From the NCBI GenBank assembly GCA_030704615.1, contig CM060733.1:8308001-8372000 (forward strand): a DNA stretch of 64,000 nucleotides, read 5' to 3'. The notes below the pieces were generated by a model. That model worked only from the letters and a program-made list of their open reading frames with translations, searched no databases and was not told the origin of the DNA. How positions within the stretch are numbered: the stretch's first letter is position 1; every line of letters begins with the position of its first letter. The DNA is from Takakia lepidozioides. Lineage: Eukaryota > Plantae > Bryophyta. Of this stretch, positions 58,341 to 64,000 are shown one piece after another. Both the position numbers and the translations under genes were made by a program.

Positions 58341-61141
58341 TTACTCATACTCAAAATCAGAGTCCATGTCCAGATCCTCGTCAGGCGCTTCGGGCTCCTC
58401 CAGAACTGCCTTTATGGATGGGGCAGAAGTAGAGCCCGACTCAAGCTGATGAAGCTCGCTTGAGAAGAGCTCCGAATCAGCCTCCATGCCAAAGAAGTGC
58501 CTTCCGGCGCTTTTGCACGCATGAAAAGATGCTCCTGCAAATCGAAGACGAACGAGAAATTAAAACAAGGCTTCCCTCTGTATATTGAAGCTGCCACAGT
58601 CCATATTTCAAATACAGAGTTCAGGGCCCCACCTGTGCCAATAGACAAGTCAACCACTCGACCACCGTGATGGCTGCATGTCTCCACCAAAGTTTGCATG
58701 AAAGCTGGGATTTCTCCCGGGCACCTCTCCAAGGGACACCATTTGACCTTTTCGTAGTGCGACCCGAGTCCACGTAATTGAAGATTACATCATCCTCGAC
58801 AGGCTCGCCGGTGGGGTCAATGTGAGCTGCAAGGTCCCTCAACTGGAACTCAACAATACCAGGAGGAAGGGTGTCCTTCCGCACCCTCACTAGGCACAAA
58901 GCTTCGAACACCCGAGTCTGCCACAAATTTCAAAGATAGCATGATCAAAAAGACAAAACCTACTTTTGATACTTTCTGGAGAAGCATGAAAGTTTCATTG
59001 ATAGGAACCAACTCACTTTCTGCCCCGGGAACTCGCCCTTCGTAAGAGGCAGGGTGTTGATGCATGTCCAAGTTTTGATGACGCGAAACCCGGAAGCTTT
59101 CATGTAGCTGAAAAGAATTCTCTGTGCCAACATGTCCTTTGACTGCATAAGAAAAGAGCCCCTGAGTCAGAAAGGAATGTGTTGCTGAATGAGAAAGCCC
59201 ATTGCCAGTAACGTGAATCCAATTTGTTCCAGGTAGGGGTTGCATTGGAAGGTAACACATCAGGGACGGGCAAACCGTCAGGAATGTCCAAGACCACAAG
59301 GTCAATCGCGTACGCCTGTTGAACTCCATTCACCCAATCTGCCCTTTTTGTGACCTGTACCAAAAAACAAAAAACAGTGTCACAAGCCTAATCGAAACCC
59401 AATACGAAATCAATCTTGTTGCTAAGTCAAAACGAGTTGCCAAAACAAAATCATTCATGCCACAGTAAAGACATATGTGCTTACCTGAGTAAGGAACGAA
59501 ACAAGCATGTCCCATGATTTCGACGACACCCCTTTGAATGTAGACTCCTGGATTCCATCATTGCCAGAAAACTTTCATTCACCACCTTACGGTGGAACTG
59601 GCCCAAAACCCTGGATGGATGCTCTCTTGCCTCAAAAGGATGCTCCCTCGACTTTGGTGTTCTCTTATCCCTCCTAGTTGGAGAAGGCTGCCTGTCAGCG
59701 GCCTGTGAGGGGCCCTGTTCCTACGTAGCTGCATTCTTCCCCTTCCCCTTTGCATCCCCGGCAATCTTCCACTTCCGTTTTGGAGTAGCCAATTTCTCAG
59801 GCTCTTTTGCAGCCAGAGCTTGAATGATTCTCTCATGAATGTCTTTGTCAGCAAGCAGGGCAAGTGCCGCGGTGTTGTCGTCTTGGTTTCTCAAAACCAC
59901 TTCATCGAATGGTGTGTCCTGTTTTGGCAGATCGAGATACCACCCACAGTCTTTGAAATGCACCCTGCTCTAGTCTCTGGAAATACCAGCCGTGTACATT
60001 GTCTTGTCATTGGAGGGGTCAACCCATGAGTAGATGAAGTCAGGGTCATCGCTAAGGTACTTTCCCGGTATGAGGACATGATACATGTATCTGAATCACA
60101 CACACCAAAAAATCAGACAGTCATTCGATTTGAACAGTTCATAGAGCATACCTCATCAGAAGGGTTTTAGAAAGCAGATCAGAAACCCGTCGAAACAAAC
60201 ATTTATCAGCCCGAATCAACGTTGCGTTGACGCAAGGTTGATTCGAGCTGACAAGGAAATCCCCAAACGTTGAGAACTGCACTTTCAACGAACACTTACT
60301 AGATGAAAAAATCCATTATCACAATCCATCGCATGCAAAACTTGGAAGCCCCAATCAACCTTGCGTTGACGCAAGGTTGATTGGCGGATCCACATGTGAT
60401 AATGTTGCATGAAAAGAGATAGGGATTGCCAAGTGGAATTCAACATTGCGTTAATGCAAGGTTGATTTCATGTACAGTAGAAATGGAAAACATTGCTAGA
60501 AAACAACCCTCCGAAGATATGTTAATATGGAGTTTCAACCTTGCGTTGACGCAAGATCCGAAAACACCTGTCTATGGTGTTTGATGACATTAACTACCCT
60601 ACAATATTATGAAAATTAGGCGATTTCCACGGGCCCTATCTTGCAATCCAGACCGTCAAACAACGTTGCGTCAACGCAAGGCTATTTGGCGGTAAAGTAT
60701 AAGCCCTAAACACCGTTTCACTCTAGACAAACTTCATGTTCAACCTCGTAGAGACGGAACCGGAAACGACAGCAAACAAAAACATAAGCCAAAGAATTCA
60801 GGAAAACATACTGACCCTTGAAAAATCCATGGCCCTCCATCAACGCAAGGTTCATTTGCCTTACGGTTTGTGCCCTTTAACAGGCTACAATGCAGAAAAC
60901 GACACCACCGGAGACCCCACGTACAGCTACATGAAACCAAAACCACACATGCATGAAGATCAAGACATGGGCATTGCAGCCGCGAGACAAGCTTGCGTTG
61001 ACACAATGTTGCGCGGCTTTACTTCCAGAGCCCTCAAAACTCCCTCAAGACCTGCAAATTTGAAGTTCTCCATAGAAAACATGACACAAGAATACTGAAA
61101 CACACACCTGTAGCAACACACCAGTTTCTGGGAGGTCAAAC
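58341..61141 (-). pseudogene. Spliced beta-class N4-cytosine/N6-adenine DNA methyltransferase-like gene (N6_N4_Mtase fold), disrupted and 5'-truncated
   Basis: GT-AG exons 61108-61141, 60865-60926, 59485-60090, 59017-59354, 58633-58917, 58341-58534 (TAA). Catalytic motif IV region AIDLVVLDIPDG precedes FLSDSGAL and the SAM-binding half WRGAREKS/PAFMQTLVETCSHHGGRVVDLSIGTGASFHACKSAGRHFFGMEADSELF. Three in-frame TAGs and about three frameshifts. Confidence 0.8.
60206..61011. repeat. Dispersed array of 26-bp palindromes TCAACCTTGCGT-TG-ACGCAAGGTTGA within methyltransferase introns
   Basis: Copies at 60216-60241, 60355-60380, 60440-60465, 60535-60555 (partial), 60661-60681 (reverse), ~60840-60853 (half) and ~60991-61011 (degenerate), separated by non-repetitive spacers. 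Confidence 0.85.
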
Positions 61142-61158
61142 CTGTACAACACTCGTTT

Positions 61159-61465
61159 CACTACAATAGATCGCGGTATATATGACTATCCCGTAGTCAT
61201 AAATGGTACATATGACTGCAATGACTTTAAGTCATGCAAACCAAGTGAATACAATGAGTACAGTATGGTCGGTCATGGATGACTGCAGTCGGATGAACCA
61301 AGTAATACATCTCACTGTCGTGTGGCAGTCATGATCCTGACTATGACATGTTGATATGTGGACACGTGGTGTCATATGAGGGGTTGTTTTGAACTCTTAA
61401 ATGTATTGGACAGTCAAAACCACGACTATGCTTATCTCGTTAGGGTTAGTAGAGATTAGGGTTAG
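61159..61465 (+). mobile_element. Probable CACTA/EnSpm terminal fragment
   Basis: Starts CACTACAATAGA, followed by dense ATGACT/AGTCAT subterminal repeats in both orientations, and ends near TTAGGGTTAG motifs. No partner TAGTG end found. Confidence 0.5.
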
Positions 61466-61859
61466 TATTATTCAATACTAAACAAAGAGAAGAACAAAGG
61501 GAAGAACAAAGAGACAAAAAATGACTCTGCAAATGAATGCTTTAGTCACAGGCAAGAGTCACAGGCAAGAACAAAGTCAGCAAGTGCAAAGGACAAAACA
61601 TAGGCACTTAAAGATAGCAGTAGATGTAAGAGCTTCTCTTAAACTGCTTCCAGTCAAATTTACAATATAGCACTGGAGTCCCAAAATCTGACTCCTCAAA
61701 CAATAGTCTGACAAAGTGCAAAGGACACTATATATGCACTAAAGATAGTAACAGATGTAAAATGCGTATGTCTTTCTACGTTTGCTACTGTTCCAACACA
61801 ACAACAAATCAGCAGGATAGGGTGCACCCACATTTTGCATGTACATGTCCACGAGGGTA

Positions 61860-62200
61860 TTGTTCAGAATAACATTTGGTACAATTCCAGCTCTGACAAT
61901 GTTGCCATGGACTTATGTGCCCTTTTCCAGAGCTGCCAGGCTTGCACATGCATTGCAAATGCACAAAAACGTGATGTGATCGGGCTTCACCCCTTCCCCC
62001 ATCATTTGATCATAGGTCTCCAAAGCCTCCGTACCACGTCCATGTTGTGCATACTGCAAGCATCGCGTTCCACGACACCACATCTCGTTCAGCCATATTG
62101 TTGAAAACTCCTTTCGAATCCTTAATGCACCCACATTTGGCATACATGTCCACCAGGGCAGTGTTCATAATGACATCCGGTACAATTCCAGCTTTGACAA
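61860..62200 (-). pseudogene. PLS-class PPR protein remnant
   Basis: ALVDMYAKCGCIKDSKGVFNNMAERDVVSWNAML / YAQHGRGTEALETYDQMMGEGVKPDHITFLCICNACASLAALEKG, with a frameshift and a stop. Confidence 0.8.
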
Positions 62201-62220
62201 TGTCACCATCGACCTCTTTC

Positions 62221-63305
62221 TGGCCCTCTTGGATGAATCTGGACCCACACTCTATCCCTGCTCCTTCAGCTATCCATGGCTATGCACAAATCATGCATAC
62301 ATCTTTGCCTTGCTGCTAGCAGCTGATGATGATAGCCTAGATTTGTTCTAAGAAACACCCAACTCAACTTATCACACTTGTTCCTATGCTCAATTGCATC
62401 TGCTACTCTCTATAATCAAACAGACATTCACCTTCTTGCCTCGATTGTCCCACCATTGACTGGGTAAGAAAAATATGATTCCACAGCTTCACCCCATCTA
62501 TGTTACCTGTTTTTGGATACTTTCCTATTGTCACATTGGCAGTATCATGTCAAAGTCACTCCAACTATCAAATGTTCACTCAACCAGCTAACTTGCAAAA
62601 TTCAACATGGAATCTTAGGGTCGATTCTGATAAGAAGGAAAAACAAGGTGAAATGTGTTGAAGAAGGTGCCTTCCTTAGCAGTGCCTGATTTTATCGATT
62701 CCGTCGCCGCTGCTACAGCTTCCAGTTGACCATCTACCCATGCAGGTTGCTGCTAGTAGCTATTGATCCACAGGGAATCGTAGGTAATCTGGAGCTTGAA
62801 GTCCGGCCCTCTTCGATGAATCTGGACCCACACTCTATCCCTGCTCCTTCAGCTATCCATGCCTCTGCCCATCATGCATTCACCCTTGCCTTGCTGCTAG
62901 CAGCTGACAATGAAAGCCTCGAATTGTTCTAGGAAACACCCAACTCAACTTATCACACTAGTTCCTATGCTCAATTGCATCTTCTACTCTCTCTATTCCA
63001 ACAGGCATTCACCTTTTTGCCTTGATTGTCCCACCGTTGACTGGGGTCAGAAAAGTATTCATTCCACAGCTTCTTGTGGTCTCCGTTACCTGTTTCTGGA
63101 TTCTTTCCTGTTGTCACATTGGCAGTATCATGTCAAAGTCACTCCAAACCACAAAGGTTCAATCAACCATCTAACTTACAGAATTCAACATGAAAATTTA
63201 GAGCCGCTACTGATAAGAGGGAAATTAAGGGTGAAATGTGTTGAAGAAGGTGCCTCCATTAGCAGTGCATTGTTCTATCAATTGTGCTGCTGCTGCTGCG
63301 GCTTC
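62221..63305. repeat. Tandem duplication, period ~585 bp (about 62221-62720 and 62804-63305)
   Basis: GGCCCTCTT.GATGAATCTGGACCCACACTCTATCCCTGCTCCTTCAGCTATCCATG and downstream blocks (GTCACATTGGCAGTATCATGTCAAAGTCACTCCAA, GTGAAATGTGTTGAAGAAGGTGCC) occur twice, collinearly. Confidence 0.9.
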
Positions 63306-63927
63306 TAGTTGGCTCTGAACCCACTAAGCAACTCAAACTAATTTGAACATTAGACATTTTCCCACTCGTAGATGGGTACCTTACATCTGGCAATGATTCT
63401 GAGACAGGCCAGAGGGTGCCCTCATCCCTGACCACTGTGAACAGAGTGTCTGAACTTGAGTGTGCCCCTGGAATGCCAATCGGACTACTCTTACCCCAGT
63501 TCGGATTCTGATCATTGTTGTCATCGCCTGAAGAATTAGCTTGCCCTTCCCCTTCATCCTCCTCACTTGTCATTGCATCAAAGTAAAAACAATTTTGACT
63601 TGTTGCCCGTGTATCAAATGATAGGGAGCGCCCAGCCTCATCCTCTACCTTGTTTCCTTCTTGTTCCATGTCCATCTCCTTGACCTCATCAACCTCACTT
63701 CTGCATCTCCTAGTGTCCAAATGCGCGCTGGTCTCTTGACATATCCCTACACCCTCCACTCCCTTGCTCTGACTGAGTTCTCCATCTATTACAACCTCAT
63801 CGTTGTCAGGGAACGCCAAATGCATTGAATTCTTTGGAGGTCCTCCTTGTTTATCGCCTTCCTCTGCAGCATCCTCTTTCTTCAGTTCATGCTTATCTTC
63901 ATCATACAACCCTTCAGAAAATACCAT
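63259..63927 (-). CDS. Acidic low-complexity ORF (222 aa), probably an exon of a gene or element extending beyond the window
   Basis: 669-nt open frame rich in E/D/S/G; no recognisable domain. Confidence 0.35.
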   Translation of the reverse strand: MVFSEGLYDEDKHELKKEDAAEEGDKQGGPPKNSMHLAFPDNDEVVIDGELSQSKGVEGVGICQETSAHLDTRRCRSEVDEVKEMDMEQEGNKVEDEAGRSLSFDTRATSQNCFYFDAMTSEEDEGEGQANSSGDDNNDQNPNWGKSSPIGIPGAHSSSDTLFTVVRDEGTLWPVSESLPDVRYPSTSGKMSNVQISLSCLVGSEPTRSRSSSSTIDRTMHC

Positions 63928-64000
63928 CTTTGTCAGGACTGGTTGCTAAGGTGGTCGATCGTACCAGGGCATACTCTGTTTTTTGAGCACAACTCGTCTT

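Noticed and set aside
60206-61011. CRISPR array interpretation of the palindromic repeats
   Set aside because: Spacers are long and irregular, one copy is inverted, no cas genes are present, and the context is spliceosomal introns in plant DNA.
60736-61098. 120-aa plus-strand ORF as a gene
   Set aside because: It is antisense to a predicted methyltransferase exon and introns, overlaps palindrome copies and has no recognisable domain.
58341-61141. Bacterial contamination as the source of the methyltransferase
   Set aside because: The gene has phase-compatible GT-AG introns and is contiguous with plant PPR and retroelement sequence.

Overview
Eukaryotic, intron-rich and transposon-rich DNA from a land plant that still has flagellated sperm (bryophyte/lycophyte/fern-like; inferred from gene content). 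Four intact genes can be reconstructed by hand, all on the minus strand: a 14-exon WDR34/FAP133 dynein-2 intermediate chain (2209-10771), a single-exon VQ-motif protein (18003-18893), a 5-exon PSA2 chloroplast DnaJ-type zinc-finger protein (28504-36532, with a decayed LINE filling its last intron) and a secreted GNA/bulb-type lectin (49027-49497). The rest is mostly relics: LINE fragments, hAT MITEs with exact 8-bp TSDs, TTAA-flanked CCC-ended (piggyBac-like) MITEs, PLS-class PPR pseudogenes, a Gypsy-type 3' end carrying a large unknown ORF, a Gypsy element with a dUTPase, and a kinase-like fragment. The most unusual feature is at 58341-61141 (-): a spliced (at least 6 phase-compatible exons), now disrupted gene for a prokaryote-type beta-class N4-cytosine/N6-adenine DNA methyltransferase. 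Its introns carry an array of 26-bp palindromes and its 5' part is lost next to a CACTA-like end. All family assignments come from motif recognition by eye; no database searches were run.
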